A stretch of 58,222 nucleotides of DNA, from IMG/VR virus record IMGVR_UViG_3300037069_001350, positions 1 to 58,222 of that record; one strand, given 5' to 3'. This document shows, piece after piece, positions 18,933 through 26,787 of this stretch. This DNA comes from a virus. Its lineage: Duplodnaviria; Caudoviricetes. Numbering within the stretch: position 1 is the stretch's first letter; the number at the start of each line of letters is the position of its first letter. The notes beneath the pieces are model-generated. The model did no database searches, was not told the DNA's origin, and saw nothing but the letters and a program-made list of their open reading frames with translations. The translations under genes were made by a program, and so were the position numbers.

Positions 18933-19880
18933 ATGGCTCTCTACGCCTTCGACGGCGCGTCGCCGTCGTTCGACCTGGCCGCGAGCAAGGCCGCGGGCGG
19001 CATCGTCGTCTCGGTCTACGTCGTCGGCAACCCTGGCGGCATGGCCCACGCCGACGCCGCCCGTGTCGCTGCGATCCGGGCGGCTGGCATGGGCGCACTG
19101 CCGAACTGGGAGCGCGCCGCTGGCTACTTCGACACCTGCACCGTCGCCGAGGCGAAGGCTGCCGGGGTCGAGGCGCTGGCCGCGTGCAAGTCGCTCGGCT
19201 TCCCCGCCGACGGCTCGATCGCCTGCGCGTTCAGCTTCGACTTCGACTGCCCGGCGTCCCGGTTCGCCGAGATGGGCGCGAAGGTCGACGCGGTCACCGC
19301 CGGGCTCACCGGCGCGTACCTCGTCATGGTCTACGCGCAGCAGGACCTGATCGACTACCTGGTCGCGCACGGGCACCTGCACGGCAAGCAGTGGCTTATG
19401 GCCTCGACCTGGGGCAATCCCTACCACCCGTCCGACGCGAACGTCTGCGTCGTTCAGGGCCACGACGTGAACGGCAACTGGGTGAACGACCCGGTCGTCA
19501 GCACCGACATCAACACGGTCACCGACCCGCACGCGCTGCGGGCCTGGTGGCCGGATAACTCGCCCTACGGAGGCACCATCATGGACGCAGCAACCGCCGC
19601 CCGCTTCGACAAGATCGACGAGCGCCTGACCGCGCTGTTCGCGACCGACACCGACGGCAGCGGCAAGCCCGAGGTCACCGGCACCGTGCAGGGCGCGATC
19701 AAGTACACCGTGCCCGGCGAACTCGCCGCCGCACTCGCGCCGGTGCTCGCCGCGCTCGCCAGCCTGCAGTCGGCGGTCACCGACCTGCAGGCCGCGGTCG
19801 CGAGGGTGCAGACCGGCGGTGTCGACCCGGTCGCGCTGGCCGAGGCGATCGCGCAGCACATCAAGCTGGCCCCGCAGTAG
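18933..19880 (+). CDS. Endolysin, DUF1906/GH25-like glycoside hydrolase
   Basis: LGFPADGSIACAFSFDFD motif, DIN near the domain end, C-terminal helical region; position after tail genes. Confidence 0.75.
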   Translation: MALYAFDGASPSFDLAASKAAGGIVVSVYVVGNPGGMAHADAARVAAIRAAGMGALPNWERAAGYFDTCTVAEAKAAGVEALAACKSLGFPADGSIACAFSFDFDCPASRFAEMGAKVDAVTAGLTGAYLVMVYAQQDLIDYLVAHGHLHGKQWLMASTWGNPYHPSDANVCVVQGHDVNGNWVNDPVVSTDINTVTDPHALRAWWPDNSPYGGTIMDAATAARFDKIDERLTALFATDTDGSGKPEVTGTVQGAIKYTVPGELAAALAPVLAALASLQSAVTDLQAAVARVQTGGVDPVALAEAIAQHIKLAPQ

Positions 19881-19906
19881 GGCTTCATCGGAAGGGGGCG
19901 ACCGCC

Positions 19907-20413
19907 ATGAGCGACGTCGTCGAAGCCCACGACCAGGGCATCACTCACTCGTACGTGGTCCACTACCCGCCGCACCCGCCGCGGACGGACGACCCGCACT
20001 ACAAGGACTTCAACCACTACCACCGGACGAACGGGCCGACCGCGCGCTGCGCGCTCGCGGTGCACGCGACGCTCGACGGTGACGCCGACCCGGTCCGGCA
20101 GGACGCGAAGCCGCACCGGCTGATCGGTGCCGGTGAGCAGCGCGCCGGGTGCGACGTCACCTCGCCGTTGGAACTGCACCACTCGCACATCGAGTTCAGC
20201 CTGCAGAACGGCGTCGACCTGGCCCTGCTCGAACGCGACTACCCCGGCATCTCCAACGCCGAGGAGGTCGGGGCCTGGGTCGAGAGCGCGGACAACCTGA
20301 CCTGGTACTGCGTGTTCCACCACCGCGGTCCCGGCGGAGCACACACGGCTGCCGCCAGCGACTTCGAGGCGGAGAAGTACGTCCGGGGTCTGATCTCCGG
20401 GCGGGCGAAGTGA
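19907..20413 (+). CDS. His/Cys-rich protein in lysis module (possibly HNH-like)
   Basis: LELHH...NLTWYCVFHHRG...H pattern. Confidence 0.55.
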   Translation: MSDVVEAHDQGITHSYVVHYPPHPPRTDDPHYKDFNHYHRTNGPTARCALAVHATLDGDADPVRQDAKPHRLIGAGEQRAGCDVTSPLELHHSHIEFSLQNGVDLALLERDYPGISNAEEVGAWVESADNLTWYCVFHHRGPGGAHTAAASDFEAEKYVRGLISGRAK

Positions 20414-20688
20414 AGCTGAACGACCGCGTCGCGTTGAAGATCACCGGCGCGGTCGGGACCATGCCCACCGCCTACCTGTTCGCCGTGCTCGCGCTCGTGT
20501 CGCTGCCCGGTGCGCTCGCCTCGGGCTCGGCGCTGATCATCGTCGGCTGGCTGGCTCAGACGTTCCTGCAGCTGGTGCTGCTGCCGATCATCATGGTCGG
20601 CCAGCGCCTGCAGCAGACCAGCCACGAGGACCTGCACGACAAGATCGACAAGATGCACGCCCACCTCGGCATCGGGGGTGAGTCGTGA
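20410..20688 (+). CDS. Two-TM membrane protein, holin candidate
   Basis: Two hydrophobic segments; WLAQTFLQLVLLPIIMVGQ; GTGA overlap. Confidence 0.6.
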   Translation: MKLNDRVALKITGAVGTMPTAYLFAVLALVSLPGALASGSALIIVGWLAQTFLQLVLLPIIMVGQRLQQTSHEDLHDKIDKMHAHLGIGGES

Positions 20689-21074
20689 TGCACGCATTCG
20701 GCACTGACGTCATCGCCAGCATCGTCTCCGGTATCGCGGTACTGCTGATCGCCTACATCGCCCGCCAGGCATGGAAGGCGGTGCGCTCGATCGGCCAGGA
20801 CAAGGTTCAGCGCGAGAAAGACCACCTCGAAGTGATCCGTCGGCTCGACCAGCAGGACGAGAAGCTGGTCAACATCGAGCACGAGACGCACCTGAACTCG
20901 GGCACCAGCTTGAAGGACGCCACGATGCGGACCGAGGCCCGCGTGGCGAAGCTGGACACCGCCCTCGAAGAACACCTCCGCGACGCGAAGTACCAGCAGG
21001 GCAAGCTGGACGCCTACTTCGCCCAGCTGACCGGCTCGCCGACGATCTCGGTCAACGCACCGCCGCCCGCATGA
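20685..21074 (+). CDS. Single-TM membrane protein with coiled coil (lysis module)
   Basis: N-terminal TM segment; NSGTSLKD motif. Confidence 0.65.
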   Translation: MMHAFGTDVIASIVSGIAVLLIAYIARQAWKAVRSIGQDKVQREKDHLEVIRRLDQQDEKLVNIEHETHLNSGTSLKDATMRTEARVAKLDTALEEHLRDAKYQQGKLDAYFAQLTGSPTISVNAPPPA

Positions 21075-21079
21075 CACAG

Positions 21080-21118
21080 AAGCGCCCCGCCTCCCTCACG
21101 GGAGACGGGGCGCTTTCT
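21080..21118. terminator. Bidirectional intrinsic terminator between convergent operons
   Basis: AAGCGCCCCG-CTCCC TCAC GGGAG-CGGGGCGCTT followed by TCTT. Confidence 0.85.
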
Positions 21119-21145
21119 TGCGTTTGCAGGGCCAGCCGTCGTCGT

Positions 21146-21307
21146 TCAACTGGCTCGGTAGTGCAGCGCCTCGGTGCGCTTCGCGACGCGGGCCTTGCGG
21201 ATCTCGCCGTTCGTCCACACCGAGATCAGGATGAACCGCTGCGGGCTCGCGGTGCGCACCTTGTCACCGGCGGGCGTCGTGATCGTGCGGGCGCTGTTGC
21301 GGCTCAT
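21146..21307 (-). CDS. Small hypothetical protein
   Basis: ATGA overlap with the upstream ORF. Confidence 0.5.
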   Translation of the reverse strand: MSRNSARTITTPAGDKVRTASPQRFILISVWTNGEIRKARVAKRTEALHYRAS

Positions 21308-21519
21308 GACGCGCTCGCGCTCGGGCGCTTGACGTAGGACACACGGACGTCGAACGCCGTTCCGCCCCGACGGGTGCGGGCTACGGCCAGCGGACCGATC
21401 TTCGTCACGTCCCAGCCGTACTGACCCAGGAAGTCGGCAGCGCGCTGTGCGATCTGCTCGTCTGACGGGCGCGAGCCCATGAAGCGGATGGTCTCGGTGC
21501 GGCGTGGCTGGCGAGGCAT
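21304..21519 (-). CDS. Small hypothetical protein
   Basis: AGGGAG RBS and ATG. Confidence 0.6.
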   Translation of the reverse strand: MPRQPRRTETIRFMGSRPSDEQIAQRAADFLGQYGWDVTKIGPLAVARTRRGGTAFDVRVSYVKRPSASAS

Positions 21520-21573
21520 GTCGTTCTCCCTGTCTGGGTGAGATTGCTTGTCCCGGCCCTTGCGAGCCGGTCA

Positions 21574-21606
21574 CTAGGTATAACGCCCTGCGCGCCGGTT
21601 CATTCC
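21574..21606 (-). promoter_or_regulatory. SigR/SigH-type ECF promoter
   Basis: GGAAT(21606-02)-N17-GTT(21584-82)-N7-GTG. Confidence 0.6.
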
Positions 21607-21632
21607 ATCGCTGGGTGACTATCAGTCGCGTC

Positions 21633-21860
21633 TCAGGCGAGACCGTCGAACGCTTCGAGCCCGTCGATGAGGCGGTCGGACGCGGCGCGCAGCATGTCCT
21701 CGCCGTCGTACAAGTTGATCAACCACTCGGGACACACGCCGATCCTCGGCGGGTTGGGGACCTTCGCTCGATCGAGCGCCCGCATCGCCCGACCGATATG
21801 CCGGACGGCCTGCACGAGTTCGCGGTGCTGCCGGTCGGTGAGGGTGAGGTCTGCGCTCAC
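21633..21860 (-). CDS. Hypothetical protein
   Basis: GTGA overlap; operon packing. Confidence 0.55.
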   Translation of the reverse strand: MSADLTLTDRQHRELVQAVRHIGRAMRALDRAKVPNPPRIGVCPEWLINLYDGEDMLRAASDRLIDGLEAFDGLA

Positions 21861-22300
21861 GAGTCACCCCGACCCGGCACCCGTTCGAGCGGGCCGGTGC
21901 GGTTGCGCCGGACCATGCCGTACAGGGCCTCGATCTGACTGCGGATCAGCCACTCGGGCAGCCCGTTGCGCTCGGCTGCGAACTTCGCCGCCCGGCGCAG
22001 CAGGGTGTCCCAGCGGTTGCGGCTGATCAGGTCGCCGCAGGTGTCGCACGCCGCCCAGGCCCCGACCGACATCTCGCCGACGGGGTTGATGAACGTCTCG
22101 CACGGCAGCTGCCACGACGGGAAGTCGGCGTTGCAGAAGTCGCAGCGCCCGATCGCCTCGATCTCGTCGAGGGTCACGGGCACCGCCGGGTGATCTTCGG
22201 TCAGCTGGTCGTGCGCGCCATGCTGGTATCCGTAGCCAGTCCGGTAGTCGAGCATCCGACCGCAGACCGCGCACGCCCTGAACTCGTGCGGCGCGGTCAC
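21857..22300 (-). CDS. Zinc-binding hypothetical protein
   Basis: CAVC, CDFC and WAACDTC motifs; GTGA overlap at 22300. Confidence 0.65.
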   Translation of the reverse strand: MTAPHEFRACAVCGRMLDYRTGYGYQHGAHDQLTEDHPAVPVTLDEIEAIGRCDFCNADFPSWQLPCETFINPVGEMSVGAWAACDTCGDLISRNRWDTLLRRAAKFAAERNGLPEWLIRSQIEALYGMVRRNRTGPLERVPGRGDS

Positions 22301-22524
22301 TGGCGACACCGCCGCTCGGCGGCGAGGTGGGCCTGGTCCTGCGCGAGCAGCCGCGCGGTGTTGCAGAGCGGGTCGTGCACGCCGCGGGCCACCTCGGAGA
22401 TCGGCACCCGCGGTCCGGCGATGCACGCGATGCGGTGCACCTCGCGCAGCAGCTGCGCCACGGGCATCTCCTCGCTTCCGGGCTCGCCGAGTTCGGCGTC
22501 GACGTCAGGGTAGTAGCTACTCAC
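22297..22524 (-). CDS. Hypothetical protein
   Basis: Overlapping operon packing. Confidence 0.55.
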   Translation of the reverse strand: MSSYYPDVDAELGEPGSEEMPVAQLLREVHRIACIAGPRVPISEVARGVHDPLCNTARLLAQDQAHLAAERRCRQ

Positions 22525-22783
22525 CGTTCGCCCCCCTGATCATCGCCAGCATGGCCCGTTTCTCGGCTTCCAGCTTGTCGCGGTCGATCTCGAAGTGCTG
22601 GGCCAGCAGGTCCTGCAGGTCGCCGCCCCAGGGCACGAACGTCCGGCCCGTGCCGTAGTCCTCGAACTGGACGTGGTGCCCGAGCATGATGCCCTGGGTG
22701 CCCAGCCAGTCGACGAACTCGCCGATCGCCTGGGACTCGCGCTGGATCGCCTGCAGCTTGCCGTGCTCCGGGTAGTCGCTCAC
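22517..22783 (-). CDS. Hypothetical protein
   Basis: YPEHGKL...SQAIGEFVDWL; typical codon bias. Confidence 0.7.
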   Translation of the reverse strand: MSDYPEHGKLQAIQRESQAIGEFVDWLGTQGIMLGHHVQFEDYGTGRTFVPWGGDLQDLLAQHFEIDRDKLEAEKRAMLAMIRGANGE

Positions 22784-22926
22784 CGCGGCACCCCACCCTT
22801 CCCCCAGCGTTCGAGGAAGCGGTTCACCGCGGCGGACACCGAGGTGGCCTCGCGCTCGGCGCGGTCCTGTGCCGCCTTCCAGCGGTCGTCCGGCACCCGG
22901 ATGCCGCGGATCGTGGTCTCAGCCAT
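22780..22926 (-). CDS. Ribbon-helix-helix DNA-binding protein
   Basis: IRGIRVPDDRWKAAQDRA...SVSAAVNRFLERW pattern. Confidence 0.7.
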   Translation of the reverse strand: MAETTIRGIRVPDDRWKAAQDRAEREATSVSAAVNRFLERWGKGGVPR

Positions 22927-23095
22927 GACGCGCCCCCCGGTTCTCGTAGTTCTCCGCAGGGAACGGCCCGATCTCGGAGCCCCCGAGGTCGAGGTAGATG
23001 CCGTCGGCCTCGACGCGGGTGACCTCACGCGGGTCCAGCTGGCCGGACTTGTGATCAGCCCAGTCGCCGACCTCGAAGGTGGTCTCGGTCGTCAC
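22919..23095 (-). CDS. Small SH3-like hypothetical protein
   Basis: FEVGDW start; GTGA overlap with the clamp gene. Confidence 0.55.
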   Translation of the reverse strand: MTTETTFEVGDWADHKSGQLDPREVTRVEADGIYLDLGGSEIGPFPAENYENRGARHG

Positions 23096-24249
23096 GCTGC
23101 CACCGCCTCGGCGTCGGGCAGCTTGATCACCATGATCAGGTAGACGCACTCGTAGCCTTCCTGCAGCCCGGCACGCTCGCCGCGGATCATGTGCGGCTTC
23201 CGCCCGGTGTGCGCGGTGATCGACACGGTGTCCGAGGTGAACGCGGCCAGGCCGTCGGCCAGGTACTTCGGATTGAACCCGGTCAGCCACTCGTCCGAGC
23301 CGCGGCGGTCGGTGTCGATCGGGCGCGAGCCCTGCACGGTGACGCTCTCGCCGAAGGTGATGCGGACCGGCTGGCCCTTGTCCACCACGCAGCCCGCGGC
23401 CTTGACGTCGGCCAGCAGGTCCTTCCGGTCGACGTCCCAGATGGTCGGGGTCTCGACCGGGATCAGCGACTGGTAGGCCGGGAAGGTCGAGTCGAGCGGG
23501 CGGATCACCAGCGCGTCGGTGCCGTTGCGGATCACGACGGTGTTCTCCGTGCGGTGCACCGAGAGCAGGCCCGTCATGGCCTTGATCGCCGGGAGGGTGT
23601 CGCCGGGCAGGTTGAACCCGAACTCGGCCTCGACGAAGCCGGGGCACTCGGTGACGGCCAGCCGGTAGCGGTCGGTGGCCGCGAACGAGAGCGTGCCGGG
23701 CGTGATGCCCTCGACCCGGATGCAGGTGAGCATCGGCAGCGTGTCGTCCTTCCCGCGGGCGGTCGCGGCGAACGCGAGCGCCTGATTCAGTGCGGGCGCG
23801 TCGACGGTGGCGATGATGCCTTCGTCGGGCAGGGTCGGGAGCGACGGGTACTCCTCCGGGTCGTTGCGCGCGTCGTCGCTGACCTGCAGGGTGCGCCCGA
23901 AGCCGAGCAGCTTGACGACGCCGCCGTACTGGCCCTCGCCGGGCTCGTAGGAGATGGTGACGACCTCGCCCGCGGCCTTGCGCGGGGTGGTTGCGCCACG
24001 GATGCCGCGCAGCGCGTCGCGCAGCGCGTGGGTCGGCAGCAGGGCGTCGGGGCCGAACACCTCGAAGCCGCCCGTGCCGAGCACGGTGTAGGTGTCGAGG
24101 TTGGTGCTGACGATCTTGCCGTCGGCCAGCTTCGCGTAGGCGAGGATCGGCAGGGACGTGCGGGTGAGCGTGGTGTGCGCGAGACGGTTGAACGTGTCGA
24201 CGAGGCCCGAGTAGGGGCCGGTCAGGGTGGTAGCGGTCAAGATGATCAA
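23092..24249 (-). CDS. dnaN: DNA polymerase III beta sliding clamp-like protein
   Basis: DDTLPMLT, AATDRYRLA, FPAYQSLIP, GFNPKYLADGL and YLIMVIKL motifs. Confidence 0.85.
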   Translation of the reverse strand: MIILTATTLTGPYSGLVDTFNRLAHTTLTRTSLPILAYAKLADGKIVSTNLDTYTVLGTGGFEVFGPDALLPTHALRDALRGIRGATTPRKAAGEVVTISYEPGEGQYGGVVKLLGFGRTLQVSDDARNDPEEYPSLPTLPDEGIIATVDAPALNQALAFAATARGKDDTLPMLTCIRVEGITPGTLSFAATDRYRLAVTECPGFVEAEFGFNLPGDTLPAIKAMTGLLSVHRTENTVVIRNGTDALVIRPLDSTFPAYQSLIPVETPTIWDVDRKDLLADVKAAGCVVDKGQPVRITFGESVTVQGSRPIDTDRRGSDEWLTGFNPKYLADGLAAFTSDTVSITAHTGRKPHMIRGERAGLQEGYECVYLIMVIKLPDAEAVAA

Positions 24250-24275
24250 TCCTTTCGAGGTGGGATGATGTTCAT
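24246..24275 (-). CDS. Putative leaderless 9-aa uORF (MNIIPPRKD) coupled to the dnaN-like gene
   Basis: ATG 7 nt after the promoter GTT; its TGA overlaps the TTG at 24249. Confidence 0.4.
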   Translation of the reverse strand: MNIIPPRKD

Positions 24276-24308
24276 ACAGTCAAACGGCGGACGACGTCAA
24301 GTCATTCC
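24275..24308 (-). promoter_or_regulatory. SigR/SigH-type ECF promoter
   Basis: GGAAT(24308-04)-N18-GTT(24285-83)-TGACTGT-ATG. Confidence 0.75.
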
Positions 24309-24508
24309 GCACGCGATGCCGGGTAGCGGGCGAAGAACTCGGCGTTCAGCCGGGCCGCGGTGAAGTCGCGGGCCAGGTGCAGCCAGCGGGCGAACATCTC
24401 GGCGTCGAAGTCCCGAGCCGGTGCGGGCGGCTCCGGTGCCGGTGCCGGGGTGGCTACCGGGGCCGGGGTGGACCGGATGCCGGGCAGTCGGATGGTCGGT
24501 GCGCTCAC
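24302..24508 (-). CDS. Pro-rich hypothetical protein
   Basis: GTGA overlap. Confidence 0.5.
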   Translation of the reverse strand: MSAPTIRLPGIRSTPAPVATPAPAPEPPAPARDFDAEMFARWLHLARDFTAARLNAEFFARYPASRAE

Positions 24509-24774
24509 TTGATCACCCCCCTGCGGTGCACGGTGCGGACACGGTCGGGCCGGAACGAACGGAACCCGACGTGGCCGGGCTGGATGACGTCGATCCACTC
24601 GACGCCGTCGTCGCGCCGGACGTGCTGCACGAACTCGACGCGGCCACGGACGCCGGTGATCGAGAGCGGGGTGCCAGGCTCGACCCGGCGACCGTTGATC
24701 GACGTCTCGGTCGAGACCTTCCAGTCGGCGGGCAGCGGCTTCGGGGGCACCCGCTTACGAGGCTGCAGCAGCAT
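24505..24774 (-). CDS. SH3-like hypothetical protein
   Basis: PGTPLSITGVRGR...EWIDV...FRSFRPDRV pattern. Confidence 0.65.
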   Translation of the reverse strand: MLLQPRKRVPPKPLPADWKVSTETSINGRRVEPGTPLSITGVRGRVEFVQHVRRDDGVEWIDVIQPGHVGFRSFRPDRVRTVHRRGVIK

Positions 24775-25021
24775 CGGCGCTCACCCCCAGGGTGGCCGCG
24801 AACTGCCGGGCGTCGGCGTAGGCCAGGTCGATCGAGGTGTGCACCTCGTAGGGCTCGTGCTCGGCGTCGTTCGGGGTGAAGCGCCACTCGCTGAACCGGC
24901 GACCGTAGCTGCCGATGAAGCGACGGCCCTGCTCGATCCAGCCGACAACGGTGGACGTGCCTTCGAGGCGCAGTTCGCGCGTCTCGCCGTCCTCGTCGAA
25001 GCTGACGGAGAAATGGATCAT
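24755..25021 (-). CDS. Hypothetical protein
   Basis: GGGAG RBS; ATGA overlap. Confidence 0.6.
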   Translation of the reverse strand: MIHFSVSFDEDGETRELRLEGTSTVVGWIEQGRRFIGSYGRRFSEWRFTPNDAEHEPYEVHTSIDLAYADARQFAATLGVSADAAAAS

Positions 25022-25251
25022 GCGGTACTCCCTTCGGTGATCTTGTGGACGACGTGGTCCGCCGCGAGCGCGAGGCGGGCGGTGAACGCCTCGCCGCGCC
25101 CCTCGGGCAACGTCATGGATTCGGCGACGTCGGCGTGGACCTGGTCGCCATGCTCGGAGTAGGTGGCTTCGAGCACGAGGACGGCGAACATGCCGACGAT
25201 GTAGGTGTCGCCGGGCCGCAGTTCCGCGGCCCGGACCTCGGTGGTCGTCAC
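25018..25251 (-). CDS. Hypothetical protein
   Basis: VRAAELRPGD start; GTGA overlap. Confidence 0.55.
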   Translation of the reverse strand: MTTTEVRAAELRPGDTYIVGMFAVLVLEATYSEHGDQVHADVAESMTLPEGRGEAFTARLALAADHVVHKITEGSTA

Positions 25252-25484
25252 GGCAGCAACGCCCGCCCCTCGCGGGTGATCCGGTAGCAGACGTGGCCGT
25301 CGATGTCGCGGCCCTTCGCGACGAGCCCGCGGCTCACCAGCGAGGCCGCGGTCTGCGTCGCACCCTGCGGAGTCCGGTGGTTCCGGTACAGGACGCGGGC
25401 CAGGTCGCCGCCGGTGAACCAGAGGCCCTGGTTCGCATCGAGTAGTAGCAGCATGTCGCGCTGCGCGGAGGTCAGCTTGTTCAC
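25248..25484 (-). CDS. Winged-helix protein
   Basis: LTSAQRDML...SLVSRGLV...YRITREGRALL; GGAGG RBS. Confidence 0.7.
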   Translation of the reverse strand: MNKLTSAQRDMLLLLDANQGLWFTGGDLARVLYRNHRTPQGATQTAASLVSRGLVAKGRDIDGHVCYRITREGRALLP

Positions 25485-25915
25485 GCCGCCACCTCCCGGC
25501 GCTCGGCGCGAGCAACCTCGCTGCAGGGGCGCAGGTGGGCCGGGGCGACCTCGTGCTCCCAGAGGTAGACCCACTCGGGGTCGTCGCCCCGACGGAAGCC
25601 GTCGATCAGGTGCAGGCGCAGCACCGAGGCGATCGGCTCCTCGACGACACCGATGCGGTCATGCAGCGGAGTGCCGAGCCAGGTCGCCTGCGAGGTGACC
25701 CGGACGAGGTCGCCGTGGGTCGGCTCGGTGACGAACTGGACCTCGACGACGTCGGTGTCGAGCCCGTGGGCCTCGATGCAGGCGACGGCGTCCATGAGGG
25801 TGTCGAACTTGTGCGGGACCTCCGACGAGGGCGACCAGACACACAGGCCGTCGTTGTCGAAGTCCGAGACGTACAGGTCGTCCTGGTCGTGGATCACGTA
25901 GTAGGTGGCGGTCAT
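25481..25915 (-). CDS. Hypothetical protein
   Basis: ATGA overlap; acidic composition. Confidence 0.6.
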   Translation of the reverse strand: MTATYYVIHDQDDLYVSDFDNDGLCVWSPSSEVPHKFDTLMDAVACIEAHGLDTDVVEVQFVTEPTHGDLVRVTSQATWLGTPLHDRIGVVEEPIASVLRLHLIDGFRRGDDPEWVYLWEHEVAPAHLRPCSEVARAERREVAA

Positions 25916-26304
25916 CCCGAGATCACCTCGTAGCGGTCCGAGAGGTTGGCCTCGTCGTTTCCGTCGGCGAAGCTGACGAACCGCCGTCCGGGGTAGCCGA
26001 AGCCGGTGATCGCCAGGACTCGTCCGCGGCCAGCGACGACGTCGCCGACCTTCAAGTTCCACACGGCGACGAGGGTGGTCTCCGCCTTGCCGACATTGCG
26101 GTGCTGGCGCGAGGTGTAGGAGAGCGCGCCGCCCTGGCGCTTGCACACCGGGGTGGTGCTGGCGAGCGCGGGCCGGTCGAACGACGGCTCGTGGTGGACC
26201 TGGGTCCGACGGGCGGAGCCCGAGTCGATGTGGGTCTGGAAGTTGTAGGTCATGTAGATCAGTTCCCTTCGAGTGATGTGACGCCGCTGGTCCGCGGTGT
26301 TCAT
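25912..26304 (-). CDS. Hypothetical protein (leaderless start 26304 or internal ATG 26253)
   Basis: In-frame ATG 7 nt after the promoter GTT. Confidence 0.6.
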   Translation of the reverse strand: MNTADQRRHITRRELIYMTYNFQTHIDSGSARRTQVHHEPSFDRPALASTTPVCKRQGGALSYTSRQHRNVGKAETTLVAVWNLKVGDVVAGRGRVLAITGFGYPGRRFVSFADGNDEANLSDRYEVISG

Positions 26305-26337
26305 ACGTGTCAACCGGCGCTGTATGCACGCTATTCC
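26304..26337 (-). promoter_or_regulatory. SigR/SigH-type ECF promoter
   Basis: GGAAT(26337-33)-N18-GTT(26314-12)-GACACGT-ATG. Confidence 0.75.
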
Positions 26338-26342
26338 GCTGC

Positions 26343-26357
26343 TTGACAATCTGTCAA
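26343..26357. promoter_or_regulatory. Operator TTGAC-N5-GTCAA, also supplying divergent TTGACA -35 boxes
   Basis: TTGAC AATCT GTCAA; possible -10 boxes CAATGT (+ strand, 17-nt spacer) and TAGCGT (- strand, 18-nt spacer). Confidence 0.7.
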
Positions 26358-26378
26358 TCGCCGGGCAATGTCTCATAC

Positions 26379-26582
26379 GTGACCAGCCACGAGGAGACCT
26401 ACGAGGTCGAGGTCGACGTCGCCCTGGCGCGACCGCCCCGCGTGGACGCCACGGTGTTCGTCACGGTCGCCGCCAGCACCAGGACCGAGGCTGAGCTAGT
26501 CGCCTGCCAGATCGCCCAGTGCGACCGGCGGGTGGTCATGGCCGTCGGGTCGCGAGTTACTAGCGGACCAGGTACGGAATGA
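26379..26582 (+). CDS. Small hypothetical protein, probably leaderless
   Basis: GTG 7 nt after the putative -10 box; typical codon usage. Confidence 0.55.
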   Translation: MTSHEETYEVEVDVALARPPRVDATVFVTVAASTRTEAELVACQIAQCDRRVVMAVGSRVTSGPGTE

Positions 26583-26609
26583 AACTCGGTCAAGCGTCGT
26601 TTGACTGTA
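26576..26609 (+). promoter_or_regulatory. SigR/SigH-type ECF promoter
   Basis: GGAAT(26576-80)-N18-GTT(26599-601)-TGACTGT-ATG. Confidence 0.75.
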
Positions 26610-26764
26610 TGAACAACCGAACACGAGAGGAAGTGCTACACCACATGTTGATCTTCACCGCAATGCTGGGGGTCGGGCTCACGCTCGCCTTCCCGCCGCT
26701 CGGCCTGGCGATCCTCGGCATCTCGCTGATCGTCGCCGGTAGCAAGTCCCGCTCAACCAACTAA
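26609..26764 (+). CDS. Small membrane protein
   Basis: Hydrophobic hairpin; leaderless ATG 26609. Confidence 0.55.
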   Translation: MNNRTREEVLHHMLIFTAMLGVGLTLAFPPLGLAILGISLIVAGSKSRSTN

Positions 26765-26787
26765 CCCATCACCCAGGAGGCCACACA

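Noticed and set aside
21308-21574. Full 142-aa ORF 21146-21574 as one gene
   Set aside because: Its 5' part overlaps the RBS-supported ORF 21304-21519 and looks off-frame; only 21146-21307 was kept, although GTG 21574 sits at the predicted TSS
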